This document shows positions 1 to 13,584 of a DNA stretch of 64,000 nucleotides, in pieces. The stretch is from Camelus dromedarius. Taxonomy: Eukaryota. The stretch covers positions 18,166,001 through 18,230,000 of the forward strand of contig NC_087454.1 of assembly GCF_036321535.1 (NCBI RefSeq), given 5' to 3'. The position numbers were made by a program, and so were the translations under genes. Positions within the stretch are counted from its first letter, which is position 1, and each line of letters opens with the position of its first letter. Under the pieces are notes generated by a model, which did no database searches, was not told the origin of the DNA, and was given only the letters and a program-made list of their open reading frames with translations.

Positions 1-682
1 CGACTTGGTAATGAAGTAGCTTTGAGAATTTTTGTCATCTGACTAAGAGAAAGGTGTTTCAGGGATATGGTTATGAAGTTCACAGTCATTTCTATATATA
101 GGTTAGTTGCTGTAAGCCCTCCTGGTGTAGCAATGGCTTCTAGGAACACTCTAACTTCTGGCTCTGCTGACTTACCAGCATCATGACAGAAGGTGCAGGG
201 CCAGAATGTGAAGATGTCTGATGATGCCAATCACCTGAAGTATGTGGACAGTGGATAGTTATTACACAGCTGTTCAAGCCTCAAAATGGATACACAATCA
301 CTGTAAGGACTCCAATTAATGAAGGAGTATATTTTCAGAGACTTAAACAAGAATTCAGAAAACAAATGAATAGAAATAATTTTTTCAAAAAATTGATAAA
401 GCCAACTGAAATCTGAAAGATGTTTTGCAATGTTCAAATAAAACAAGTGAGAAATTATAGACCCCTGACTTGTACATACAAAGAATAACTTTCATTGCCA
501 TTTATGGATTTCTTTGTTAAAAAACAACTCAGGAAAAACTTTAAGGAAAATTAATAAAATACAGAAAAAGAATAATAAGTATGAATGAAGAAATTATTCA
601 AATTGCATTTTCTCCCATATCTTATAAGAAACAGTAATTCATTAAGTGGAATAGATAAAATCTGAATAATGTCAGGGAGGGA

Positions 683-997
683 GAATTTTTTCTCTGCCTT
701 CTAGGTTCTTCTGACTGCTTTAAGAATTAAATTGACATGAGACAGATTAACAGGAGAAAATCAAACAGAAGTTTAATAACATGTATACGTGGGAGAGATC
801 CAGGGAAATTGAGTGACTGACCAAAATGGTCAACACTCTCACTTTAAATATCATCTTCATTTAAAAACAAAAAGGATGTTGGGGGTAGTGGTTTGAGACT
901 TCAAAGGGAAGGAAGGCAATTCACACGGAGGTGGAGAAGCAAAAGGCAAGGTGCTCCATGTTGCGCTCCACCTCTCAGAATGAAACCCTGTAGTAAG
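683..997. mobile_element. Probable ERV1-class LTR fragment
   Basis: Stretch ggagaaaatcaaacagaagtttaataacatgtat resembles laurasiatherian ERV1 LTRs; recognised from memory only. Confidence 0.35.
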
Positions 998-1337
998 TGT
1001 GATCATCAGGATAATGGCCCCCAAAGGGGTCCACACCCTAATCCTCAGAATATGTTACCTTACATGGTAAAAGGGACTTTGCAAATGTGATTAAGTAAGG
1101 ATCTTGAGATGGGGAGATCATCCTGGATTACCTGGGCAGAGCCAGTGTAATCACCAGGGTCCTGTAATAGGGAGGCAGAAGAGTCCAAGTTAGAAAAACA
1201 GATTGGAAAATGTTATGCTACTGACTTTAAAGATGGAAGATGAACCATGAGCCAAGGAATGCAGATGGCTTCTAGAAGCTAGAAAAGGCAAGAAAACATT
1301 CTATCCTGAAGCTTCTGGAAAGAATGCAACCCTGATG
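998..1337 (+). mobile_element. MaLR LTR (MLT1D-like), 3' truncated
   Basis: Typical MLT1 text: ataatggccccaaag, gttaccttacatggtaaaagggactttgcaaatgtgattaag, gagccaaggaatgcag, tctagaagctagaaaaggcaag. Confidence 0.8.
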
Positions 1338-1934
1338 ATTGAGGAGTCAGGCTCAAGGCCAAAGTCATTTGTATAATTTTTCAGGCCTGATTAAAGGCAG
1401 TCACAAACCTGGCAGGCCTCATGGTGCAAAGCTGCTCTCCTCACACACTTGGTGCACACCTAATACGCTGCAGTCATTGGAAGGAGCTGCATCCTAGGAC
1501 TCAGCGCTCCCTACCATCCCTACGCAATCCCCCATCCTCACTGCCCAAGCCATCTTCGGGAAGGAATGACTAAGTAAGGAAAATGGAAAGGTAGTACACC
1601 TTAAATTATTGCTTAAAAAGAGTACCTTACATAAAGTCCTACTTTCTGAATTTTCTTGAGAAATATAAATTATACATGGTAGGTATACCATCTATACCTA
1701 ATAGGTAGCCAGTGTCATGAACTTCTGGTTTATCTCTTTAGTTTCTGGTTTATCATTACTGTATTTCCTTTTGCACAAAACAGCAGGTATATGGATATTT
1801 TATTATATCCCCTTCTTTCTTATATGAAAGATAACATACAATAGACACTCTTTGAGCTTTGCTTTTTTCAGTTAACAATATAACCTGGAACACTCAATAT
1901 TAATTCATACAGATTTTATTTTAAAAAAATTTAA

Positions 1935-3125
1935 ACCTTTTTATTTTGGGAAAAATATAGATTTACAGGAAGTTGCAAAAATAGTAATACAGAGAGGTCA
2001 TGTGTACCAAATGTTCCACTGGGAACATTTCAAGTAACTGTAGTACAATGTCAAAAGCAAGAAACTGACGTTAGTACAATTCACAGATCTTTTCCAGATT
2101 TCACCAGTGTCAGTGTGTGTGTGTGTGTGTGTGTGTGTGTAGTTCTGTGCATTTGTGAAACCACCTCCACAATCAAGATACACATTTGTTCCACTACTAC
2201 AAATACCTCTTATTTATGTTACCCCTTTATAATCACACCCATCTCTTTCTCCCCTCAATCCCCATCCCTGACTCCTGGCAACCACTAATCTGTTCACTAT
2301 CTCCATAATCTTGTCATTTTGAGTATGTTATATAAATGGAATCAAATAGTATGCAACCTTTTGAAATTTTTTTTCACTCAGCTTAATTCCGGTGACATCC
2401 ATCTAAACTGTTGCATGTATCAGTAATTCATTCCTTTTTATTGTCAAATAGTAATCATGGTATATATGCAGCTTAGTTTGCTTAACCATTTACCCACCAA
2501 AGAACATTTAGGTTAGTTCTACATTTTGGCTATTGCAAATAGAACTGTTATAAACCACAAGTTTTGTGTGAGTGTAAGTTTTCATTTTTCTGGGATAAAT
2601 GTCCAGAGGTGCAATAGCTGGGTCATATGGTAAGTATATGTTTAATTTCTTAAGAAGCTATTTTCCAGAGTGGAAACTAACAACAATATATGAGTCCAGT
2701 TTCTCTGCATTCTTGTCAGCATTTGGTGTTAACACTATTTTTAATTTTAGCTCTCTTAGTTAAATATATGGTGATATCTCATAATAATTTTAGTTTGTAT
2801 TTCCCAAATGGTTAATGATGTTGAACACATTTCTGTGCACTTATTAGCCATCAATATTTCTTCTGTGGTGAAATGTCAGTTATGTCTTTTGCCCATTTTC
2901 TAATTGCATTATTTGTTTTTATTGTTGAGTACTGAGAGTTCTTTATGCATTCTAATTATGAGTCTTTTGTCTGATATATGGTTTGCAGATATTTTCTTCT
3001 AGTCTAGAGCTGGTCTTTTATACTCTTAACAGATTCTTACACAAAGCAAATGTTTTTCATTTTGATGAAGTCCAATTTATAGATTTTTTTCTTTTATGAA
3101 TCATGCTTTCGGTATTATGTCTAAG
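1935..3125 (-). mobile_element. Old L1 (L1MC-like) 3' region, antisense
   Basis: Characteristic antisense L1M text (atagatttacaggaagttgcaaaaatag, gctgggtcatatggtaagtatatg, ttttgatgaagtccaattta). Confidence 0.75.
2113..2140. repeat. (TG)n microsatellite
   Basis: Direct dinucleotide run. Confidence 0.95.
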
Positions 3126-3702
3126 AAAATAAACATAATACCTTTATGTAGTCTTATTTTTCAGTTTATCCTTCTTAGAGTTTACTGAAATTCTTTAGTA
3201 TGTTAGATGATGTTTCTAATTAGTTTTAGAAAATTCTTAGCCATTATCTTCCATATTTTGTTTCTGCTCCATTCTTTCTCACTTCTCCTGACACCCTAAT
3301 TATTTATATCTTAAACTACTTGTGTATGACCTGTATGTCATTATGTTCATAATTTGTTTCCTTTCTTTTTTCTTTCTTGGTGTTACTCTTTTTTTTCTAC
3401 TGCCAGTCACTATTCCTATGTTATGCTGTTAAACTCAAAGCGAGTTTTTAATTTGTTACTTTACTTTTTACTTCTAGAATGTGCATTCTATTATTTTTAT
3501 GTTTTAAGTCTCTAGTGAAATTCTCATGAGTTTGTCTTTTTTGTCTCTGTTTTCCTTTAACAAACTAATCATAGCTATGTTCAAATATTTGTCTACTAAT
3601 TGCAGAATTTAAATTATCTAGGGGTCCCATTCTATGGCCTTTAAAAAAAAGTCTTGATTACTGGTCATATGGCATTGCTTCTTTCTATGTGTAGTAATTT
3701 TT

Positions 3703-3834
3703 GTCTGTTTGTTTGGGGGTAGGCAATTAGGTTTGTATTTATTTATTTATTTATATGGAGGTACTGGGGATTGGACCCAGGACCTCATGCATGCTAAGCG
3801 TACACTCTACCACTGAGCAATACCCACCCCCTTC
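3703..3834 (-). mobile_element. tRNA-derived SINE of camelid type with a 16-bp TSD
   Basis: Minus strand reads ggggtgggtattgctcagtggtagag...gaggtcctgggtccaatccccagtacctcc then (AAAT)n, with Pol III A- and B-box-like motifs. TSD atgtgtagtaattttt at 3687-3702 and 3835-3850. Confidence 0.9.
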
Positions 3835-5314
3835 ATGTGTAGTAATTTTTTATTGTACACTTGACTTTGTATGAATGGACAACAGAGCGCAAGATGACAT
3901 TATTTTCAACCAAGGGGTTTCTTCAAGATACCCTTTAAGTAGATCACACAAGGGTTTCTTTTTCTTCCACTTTACTGTCCTCTACTTTTACTTCCATATC
4001 CCTTCACATATAAATCACAATAAACATTTTAGTTCTCTCATTTTGCTAAACCCCTCTAAATTTTTTCATTTCCTCTGTTTTATTCACTTAATTAAGAATT
4101 CTCTCCTAATAATCCATCTTTTAAAGTTAAAAAAAATTAACTGAAATCCAAGATAGAGTTTAAAAAGTGCATTAAGAGTGTGATAGAACTGCAAATAATG
4201 AGCTTCTGGAATTCAGATGAAAGAACAGCCAAATACAACAAAGAGGAATGAGAGTATTTTCCAAGAAGAATATTTCAACGGAGTCTTGATTACTTTAGTA
4301 TTCTTTTTAATAGAATGAATATTCCCTTCTGAGAGAATGTGATAAGCAAGAAGGCACATAGTTAGAAATCACAATTATTAAAGATCTACTTTATGTCAGG
4401 GACAATGCCCAATATTTAATATTTAATATTTCTTACCTTATTTAACTTTTACAAAAGCTCTTCAAGGTAATTTTTCTTCCCAGTGATAGTAAATGAGGCT
4501 TTCTAGGCTTTAAGCCTGCATTGATTGTTTCTCAGCTGGAGTTTGAGCCAATCTATCTTCAAAGGCTATTCTCCCTCCCTTTTACTCCAAATTATTTTCC
4601 AGAGATAATTCAACTTTCCATTATTTATGGAAAATAGTGAGTAGTTGAATGCACTTGGAGTATAAAGAAACAGAAGCTGTTTTAGATAGAGCTGGAAATG
4701 TAAATTTGTCCAGAACCAGCATCAATATTCAGAAATCTATGTATATTTCTCTAGGCAATGAGCCACGTCAGGACTTTCAGTACTGGCAATGCAACACCTG
4801 TATTTTGGAAAGGCTCCTTCTGCAGCGAAGTGAAAGATGACTTTAAGTAGCAAGATTCTAGAGACTAACTAATGAACAGGCTCTTGTAAAAAATCTGGCA
4901 AGAGTTAATGAGGTACTGGGCTAGGGCAAGAGAAGTGGAAATAAAAATGAGGTATGAAAGACATGTTATGGTTAGGCTTAGAAACTTATTGAATATGAGC
5001 ATTCAGGGAAAGAGATAGCTCAGGAAAATTGTAATATTTTAAGACTTAGAGACTGGAAAAATCACAAAGAGGTGAAAATCAAGACAGCAGGTTTGTGAAA
5101 TAAAGTGTAAAGAAGTGATGAATATTTGACATCAAATTTTATGAATACAATCTATAAAATTTGATAAATAATCTGTTATTCACTTCCACAAAAGCTACAA
5201 TGATAACACATTAAATTACAGTAAAAGAGAATTTGTCTGAAGGTAATTGCATTTGATGGAAGAGATGACTGACATAGACTTATAAATGTCATTTCTTATG
5301 AAAATGAATGTATG

Positions 5315-5400
5315 TATATATATATATATGGCTGGGACATTGTGCTGTGCACTTGAAATTGATACATTGTAACTGACTGTCTTTCAACTAAAAAAAAAAA
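5315..5400 (+). mobile_element. Very short L1 3' end with poly-A
   Basis: gctgggacattgtgctgtgcacttgaaattgatacattgtaactgactg followed by an A-run resembles an artiodactyl/camelid L1 3'UTR tail. Confidence 0.6.
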
Positions 5401-6976
5401 GAAATGCAAAATGTTATATCCCTTAGTGATACATAGTATTATTACATTTTGACAAAACAAGAAAAAAAAGTCATCTCTTTCTCTGATAACATTCTATGAT
5501 GTCATATCACAACTGGGAAGTATCTCTTGTTATCACTTGTAACTTTGGATTGTATTATTTTATTTCACAGAAAATTGGTTTCTATAACTATGGTATTTCC
5601 ATCAGTTACAAGTTTAAAGGTATTTGTAATGGGTTAGGGTTGGTGATGGGCAGGTGTGAGGAAAAAGGATAGAAGTGAGATAACAAAAAAATTTTTTTAA
5701 TTGCTTTTCAAGCTTCTTTGACTAACAATTCCACATCCTTCTTTGAGTTAAGTACTCCATGAGGCTCTCATCTCCTTCATTTCTCAGAGGGGCTTATTAT
5801 CTCAGATAGGAAATTCTTGAGAGCATTAAACTCTCTAGGTATTGCTGCCTAGCTTCCATGAGAAAGTATTAGGTTGATATGGTAATATAGGCTAATAACT
5901 TAATGTAAGTATAAGAAGCAACTCTCAAGGGAATGGCTCATCCACTGTGCCAAGAAGTTTGCTGCAATAAAGAATTAATACTGATTACTTTTGATTGCTC
6001 ATCTATGTATTTCAGTACTTGTTGACAGACAAAAGTCATTGTATGCTATTTTTTATAAATTAACGGAAATAACATTATCATTGTTTATAGCTAGTATATT
6101 CCATCTCTACTAATATTATTAGTATATTAAGATTATATTATATGAGAATAATTTTTACATTTAAAGCATAGTACTTGACATGATAATGACCAGATACATT
6201 CTGTTTTTTACTTGACAGAAGTGGTAACTGAAGTTAGTTGGCCATGGGATACTAATAATAATGGTTATTAAAATCTAAAAATATTTTAAATGTACAAAGC
6301 ACATTTATATGTAGTATCTCATGTATAGCAATTAAAATCTCTAGTTGTAGAGGTGAAATGTGAGATTCATCTCCCATAGAAGCCTTTGACAGCTAAATAT
6401 AGAAAACATGCTTTTGAGATGTAGTTGTTTCTGTATTGTTCACCTTACGATTGTAAGAGACAGTCATCTGAAATACCACATATATACTGTTATTTTTTCT
6501 TTTTTTAACTAAAACATGCTCATTTATTTCTAATTACTCAGCTGAAGTCATTTATCAGTAACTTTCTTGAGATAGTTTTAATAATTTTACACCAAATCAA
6601 GCAAATTGAAATGAAATTATTTTAATTTTTTGGCCTGTTTTTGTTTTTGTTTTTGTATTAATTTTAAATGTCAAAATTGATCTCTCTTTTTTCAAGTTAA
6701 ACTTTATTATTTTGGACCCTAAAGTTGCATGGAAAATTAACCTTAAGTAAACAAACAGTAAAGGAATATGAATACTAGTACTTCTCTGCACAGTATGCCC
6801 TAAACAAGTGGTAGATCCTTGCACATGTTTTCATTGATTCTAGGTTCTATTCTGAATTGAGTAGGAGGTGGCCACATTCCATGCCTTAATGCTTATCACC
6901 AACTACTTGTCTTGATGAGACCCAGTGAGGAAGATTTGGTGCTCTCTCTAAGTCTCTCTCTTGGATAAATCTGTCA

Positions 6977-7009
<33 letters not shown>
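6977..7009. repeat. Compound (TG)n(AG)n microsatellite
   Basis: Direct dinucleotide runs. Confidence 0.9.
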
Positions 7010-7010
<1 letters not shown>

Positions 7011-8289
7011 ATAGTTTGTGTATGTGTGTGTCTTTGTGTTGGTAAGAGTGATACTTCCTCTGAGAATATCATATGCTTTCCCAACCCTTGTTAGAGATAA
7101 TCAGTTCAGGGAATTTTTGAAAAAGTTTTACTCCATAGGGGGAGGCAGAGAAAGAAGTATTTAATCCTACATCAGCTCTAAAACCCATATAAAGTTCTTC
7201 CTTTTCACACGTGAATCCTTTGGTCTTTAAGTGTTCCCTGTGCTGAATGTGCACCAGAGATACCCCCCGCTTCCTTCAGCCTGCTCCTTATCTAGCTCTG
7301 TATCTAGGGTGGAAGGGGGTATGTGGATATTTGGGGTCCTCACGTGGTTTAACTATTGTGTGCTCATCAACATTCTCTCTTCATTCAGATTCACCTCTGC
7401 TGGCAACAGTTGCCTCCTTATCTTCTTCCCTTCTCATAGATCTCCTACATGTCATCCTTCTCTTCTACTTGTTTTCACTCTAGTCATCTCACTTGGACTT
7501 CCAAGTGAAAGCCTAAGAAGGAGAAGGAACTGTGGACATGGCATTACTGAGGTTGCAGTCAAATCTGGTAAGTTATTTAGTTCTTTAAAGTTCAGAAAGG
7601 CAAGAATGTAGCCCTCACAAAAGGAAGGCTTGGTAAACAAGAGCAGTGATTAAATATTGATGTGATAATATGAGGAGAAAGGCAGACAATGGATGGATGG
7701 TTTAACCACCAGAAAAACTTTGAATCAGAATGAAAAATTCATTAGAATAATTTTAGTTGAATACTCTCATCCTTTGTGGGACATTTGATTGACTTGAGAA
7801 ACAAGAAAAATAAAATAATTTGGGTTTGTACTCTATAGTTGAAAAACATTCACAAACACACATACAAACAGATACTTACACAGACAGAGGGAAAATTCAG
7901 AGTATGTTAACTGTGGAATGAGACAGTCACTGTCCATCACAGTCACCCTCCATTCCCTTCCAGTAGGGCCAGATGACTCCAGGCTGAGGATCACTCTGTT
8001 TCTGTGCCCAATGTATACAGAATTAACACATCCTGGCAGGCAAATCTTAACTGTATTTCTCATTTTCTGAATAAAAATATGACTTGTTTATCTTTGCTTA
8101 TACTACCATGAAAGCTACCTGCCTTACTCAATTTATAAGTAATAAAATATATTAAAGTTTGTGCAACAAATCAGAATAAATAGTTACAATCTCAGTTTTA
8201 CAACTTTTTTATTTTCTTCATATACAGATTTGTATAATTGTTGTTTTTCTTAACTCTACAGTTAGATTCAAGATTAGTAGAGTCATATC

Positions 8290-8505
8290 TGGAGTAAAAT
8301 TGCTGGAGTCTCAGTCAGTTCCATGTACCAGCTTTGTGATCTGGGGCAGTTTGTTTCATTATTCCCTTGGCCTCAGTGGCTTAATTTGTATGTTGAATAA
8401 TTAAACTGCCGACCTCCTGGGGCTACGTTGAGAATAAAATGAGGTAAACTATGTCAAATGGTCAACATTAGTGCCTAGCTCATGAGATCCATAAATATTA
8501 GTTAC
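8290..8505 (+). mobile_element. MIR SINE
   Basis: MIR core-like text (ctttgtgatctggggcag, ggcctcagt, gagaataaaatgaggtaa, ataaatattagtt). Confidence 0.6.
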
Positions 8506-10233
8506 ATTAATATTTAAATGGTTTGTATTCATATTGTTATTTTATTTTTTCTTTTATATTTTGAGATATTTTAAGATACTTTAAGCATACAGAAACTTAT
8601 AAAGACTAGCAGAAAAAATACACATACTTCACCATCCAGAATTAATAGCTATTCCTTATGGTCATACTTCCTTCTAGCTATTTGTAAAGAAATAAGCCAT
8701 TATAAATACAGAGAAAGTCACAGGTTTTGATCTAGTTTCTTCTCCAGAGACATCCACTATCATCAGTACCTTCTAAGTTCATTTGTACATATATGTTTTT
8801 TCGTAACCATTGTATAATATGTATATATACTTTAAATTTCCATTTTACAAGAGGTGGAGGAAAGCCCTTAATGCTGTCTTGATTATAAGTGTTGGTCCTC
8901 AGTTATCCAATCAGTGGATTGTCTATACACCTAGATATTATCACATCCATTCGTCACCACCATAGAAGCTTGTTGCAGCCTCTAGAGTGATGACTTTGAC
9001 AATCTTAGAATTTCCAATAAGTGTCAGAGTTTTAATGTACAAAATTTTAAAGCTGTTGTTGGGAACACATGCCACAACATGGTTTAGTTATGGCAAAGTA
9101 TTCTCAGAGCAGTAGATTTGAACTTTATTTTGTGCCCCAATGTACCTGAGAGATATAATGCATTCCCTTTTAATAAGAGTCATAATTCTATTAATTCTTA
9201 CTAACTGCTCAGGAAAACATGCAGAAGTGTTAGAATGAAACTTTGCCCTTAGTTAGCTTTACATTAGGCAATACACTCACCCTAAGACATAAAACCACTG
9301 CCAAATAATTGAGAGTACAAAGTATCACAGAAGATATAAAATCACTTAGTTCTATGGGACCATAAGAAGCAGATAAATAAAATAATCAATGTAGGATTCC
9401 AGGAAGTGGAGTTCTTTTTGAAAATAAAATGTGAATAAGAGGCAAAGCAAAGGTATTGAAAGAACTTTGAATATTAGTCCCATTTGGATTGAGTTCTAAT
9501 AGTTGCTTTTTTCTATCTCTTTCATCTTTACAGGAAAGTATTCCCAACTTCAGAAAAGCCACCCAGGAGTATATTACACCTAGGTGATGTGAAACATAAT
9601 TTTATCATAGAGGTTTAGGATAGGGCTGGGTAGAGAGGGAGGGGATATATTAGGATCCTGCTCCAGTAAATAGAACAAATGGAATCAACGGTGTAACTAT
9701 AAACAATAATGAGATCATCATCTCCCTAGGATTTTGCTTATCACTTGAACTCCCTTGAGTCTGGATATGACTCTAGGATTACCGATATTAATGAGAAAAT
9801 ATTTAGAATGAGATTTCACCTAATAGCAAGCCAGGTTCTCTGATCCAGAGACATAAGTCACTATTCCTATCCACTGTTTACATATGATTAGAAGAATTCA
9901 GTGCTTCCCTATTTAGAAAAAAAAAAAAGGAAATGACTTTGAGTGTTCATTTCCTTGTAAAATATAATCGGCTTTGAAAGTAATATTTTACTTCCTGTGA
10001 AACTGAAAACAATGATGCAAAATATTGGGGGAAAAAATCACAGCCAAAGAGCCTGAAAAATTCTCAAATACTCTGCTCTTCAGACCTAATAAAGACTAAC
10101 ACCTATTGAAATTCTGGGTCAAGCATCCAGCATTTCCAAACAAGTTCCCCTTCTACCATTTTACTAGTCATTCTATTTTGAGGGAATATATCTACACGCT
10201 TCACAGATACTCACCTCTCTCCTAACAGGTAAT

Positions 10234-11184
10234 ATGTGGTCACAGGTGATGGAAAAGGACAACACAAGTTCTTTTGAAAGATTCATCCTTGTGGGCTTCT
10301 CTGATCGTCCCCACCTAGAGCTGATCCTCTTTGTGGTTGTCCTCACTTTTTATCTGCTGACTCTTCTTGGCAACATGACCATCATCTTGCTTTCAGTTCT
10401 CGATTCCCGGCTACACACACCAATGTATTTCTTTTTGGCCAACCTCTCATTCCTAGACATGTGTTTCACCACAGGTTCCATCCCTCAGATGCTCTGCAAC
10501 CTTGGTGGTCCAGATAAGACCATCAGCTATCTCCGTTGTGCCATTCAGCTCTACTTCGTCCTGGCTCTGGGAGGAGTGGAGTGTGTCCTCCTGGCTGTCA
10601 TGGCATATGACCGTTATGCTGCAGTCTGCAAACCTCTGCACTACACTGTCATCATGCACCCACGTCTCTGTGGGCAGCTGGCTTCAGTGGCATTTCTCTT
10701 TGGCAATTCTCTCATAATGGCACCCCAGACGTTGATGCTACCTCGCTGCGGGCACAGGCGGGTGGACCACTTTCTCTGTGAGATGCCAGCACTAATTGTC
10801 ATGGCCTGTGTAGATACCATGACCCTTGAGGCATTAGCATTTACCTTGGCAATCTTTATCATCTTGGCACCACTCATCCTCATCCTCATCTCTTATGGTT
10901 ATATTGTACAAGCTGTACTTAGGATCAAGTCAGCTGCTGGACGAAAGAAAGCCTTCAACACCTGTAGCTCCCACCTCATTATTGTCTCTCTCTTCTATGG
11001 TACGATAATATACATGTACCTCCAGCCAGCAAACACTTATTCTCAGGACCAGGGCAAGTTCCTTACTCTTTTCTATACAATTGTCACTCCCAGTGTTAAC
11101 CCCCTGATTTATACACTGAGAAACAAAGATGTTAAAGAGGCCATGAAGAAGGTACTAGGGAAAGAGGGTGCAGAAGTACAGTAA
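10234..11184 (+). CDS. OR2W6: Olfactory receptor, family 2 subfamily W (OR2W6-like), single coding exon; homologous start probably the ATG at 10249
   Basis: 316-aa ORF with OR motifs [58 protein letters not shown] and N-glycosylation site NTS. It closely resembles my recollection of human OR2W6P ([15 protein letters not shown], [38 protein letters not shown]). TM4 is 2 aa shorter than in the paralogues here. Confidence 0.9.
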   Translation: MWSQVMEKDNTSSFERFILVGFSDRPHLELILFVVVLTFYLLTLLGNMTIILLSVLDSRLHTPMYFFLANLSFLDMCFTTGSIPQMLCNLGGPDKTISYLRCAIQLYFVLALGGVECVLLAVMAYDRYAAVCKPLHYTVIMHPRLCGQLASVAFLFGNSLIMAPQTLMLPRCGHRRVDHFLCEMPALIVMACVDTMTLEALAFTLAIFIILAPLILILISYGYIVQAVLRIKSAAGRKKAFNTCSSHLIIVSLFYGTIIYMYLQPANTYSQDQGKFLTLFYTIVTPSVNPLIYTLRNKDVKEAMKKVLGKEGAEVQ

Positions 11185-13584
11185 AAAGTCATCAGATTTG
11201 GGGATTGTCTTTTGACCCAACTTCTATACATGTTGTTAGAACTAGCAAATAAAGGAATGTTCTGACATTACAGACTAAAGAGGCACTTACTGAGATGGGG
11301 AATTCAATGGTTTAGCTAAGTTGAGAAAACGCAATATTCCTGAGTTGACAGTCACTTGTACTCCTCTCAAGTCTGTGTAAGTCAAGTATTCATCACTAGG
11401 AGGGCTCCAATCCAGGATCAAACAGTGATCTGTGCTTGCAAAATACTAGCCATGAATGTAGACACGAGGCATTTTGTACCTATTCTAGCTTCCATCACAA
11501 TGATTTGTACTTAATAGCTCCTCAACATATATGAAAAGAATGAACTTAACAAGTGGTGAAGAAAAATACTTATTTTATCTAGGAAGTTCAAATGAGCTTT
11601 TATAGTGCCAAATGGCTGAATGAGAGGCAGTATAAATTATTCAGTTTTCTAGCATTTTAGTATCTCCAATAGTATAACTTACATGTGGCTCCTGCATATT
11701 TTGAATTATTTATATAATTCAGTTTAATGGTATTTATGTTTGACTTTCTGAGGCAACAGAGAATAAAGAAAAAAAGATATAAAGCAAGACCACGATGCAT
11801 TTGCTTTATAGAGAAGGAAGAATTTATTGTTCATATTCAATATTTGTTCATACTTTATTAATGACCAAAGAAGACTAAGGGTCTTCTTGCTTAAAATATT
11901 TGAAGATTATTAATCTCTATTTTTTCCACATGTTATCAGGATAAACTTGGATAGAGGTAGAGAAGAATGAGATGAACTCTGGGGAACTGTTGGAATATTT
12001 ATGATTGATTATTCTCTGGATGTTGAATTTTTCACATTTACACTAACGACTACAGTACCTCACTAGTTATAACAATTAAATGATGTGTATTAAATGAATG
12101 AATCTTAAAGGCAGACATGTTTCTTCAGACCTGAAATATTATAAATTGGATGAATCCCATCTCATCACCTAGGAAAACATATATTATGTTGGAATTTCTG
12201 CAAGTGAATAAGTATTCCAAATTTTGGGAGTATTGACTGTATTATCATTAGGAACTGGAGTTAACAATTTCTCATTTAAGCCCTTTCAAAATATTTAAGA
12301 AAGTTTAGGTTAATCCAGAGGCCCCAAAAGAAATACCAAATATCTAATAAATTTTTCTCAAAACATCATTCTCAGACATAATGTGTACATTTTTCCTATT
12401 TTTGAGCACTAACTTTTGAGCTTTGTCCAGATAGATTAGGTTTGCATTTTAGATTAGTTAGGGCTTGTAAGAATGGGTTTGGGGTTTAGTTTTGATTATT
12501 CACATAAGAAGGTAGAAAAATTAGAATATATTGATTCTTCTTAATTTATAAACTAAGTAAAAGGTGATGCTGAGCTGTGATTATGTTTACTGCAGCCCAT
12601 GTACAGAATATGGAGACTTGCAGTTTAGCATTTTTCATCTCTCCCACTAAAAAATGACTTATAGTATGTGTCCTACTGGCATAAAAATATACTATACATT
12701 TCTACATAAATGAAAAGTCCTTTTCAAATCAGTCCCTATTCAATAATGATTACAATATTTTTTAATCTTATCTCTATGCAATTTAGATACATATTACATT
12801 AGAATCAATAATACCTTGGAGTAGGGGCAAGAGATTGAGACAGAGTATAAATCTCCGTGGATATACTGATTTTGGAAGCTCCCTATGGGATTCCCAAAAA
12901 GTTCCTTTCAAAACTTCCCTTTTCCCCCCACAAGGGGTAATTTTCATAGCACTCTTCTCTAAAAAATTTAGAACCACGAATTAGAGGTTATAGGGCATAA
13001 TATGTATCAGATCTCGAGGGGAAAAAAGGTGACTAAGTTCTTAATACCATTATGATGGCTCAGCATCACCATTTACTTAATTTATAGTGTAGTCTGAAAA
13101 GTTTACCTAGTTTACTTACTTATGCTTAGAATAATCAAATATATTCTAACTGTTCTGCCATTTCCTGGGAATAACAGGATATTCTCCATAATGAAAATAG
13201 CAGAAACATTTCATTTTCATCTTCTGTAGATTCTTCCCTTCACTAATCTGTGCTTCTTCCTTATGGACTGACCTTTTACATAGAGCAGATGGAGGTTTGG
13301 GTAGAAATGAGCATCAGGATTCAACCCACTGTTCACAATTCTATTTCTCTTAGCTAAAGTGCTTAAATTTCTTCCAAGAGAAATAAATATCACATACATG
13401 CTTGTGTATGTGTGTGTGTGTTTATACTCACTGTGATTTTAAATTAAAAGCCGTAAGAAGATAGCTCAATAAATGCTTACTAATCAGATTATCAGATCAT
13501 CTTCCATCTTGTTGTCTTGATAGGCGGTACAAAGACCCTGAGGATAAATTAACCTATTTTATATTTTTTCTATATTCACATTTT

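Noticed and set aside
3703-3834. tRNA-like sequence with A and B boxes
   Set aside because: It is a SINE with TSD and simple-repeat tail, not a tRNA gene.
7231-7611. 126-aa ORF
   Set aside because: No recognisable domain, and it overlaps a likely non-coding OR exon and donor.
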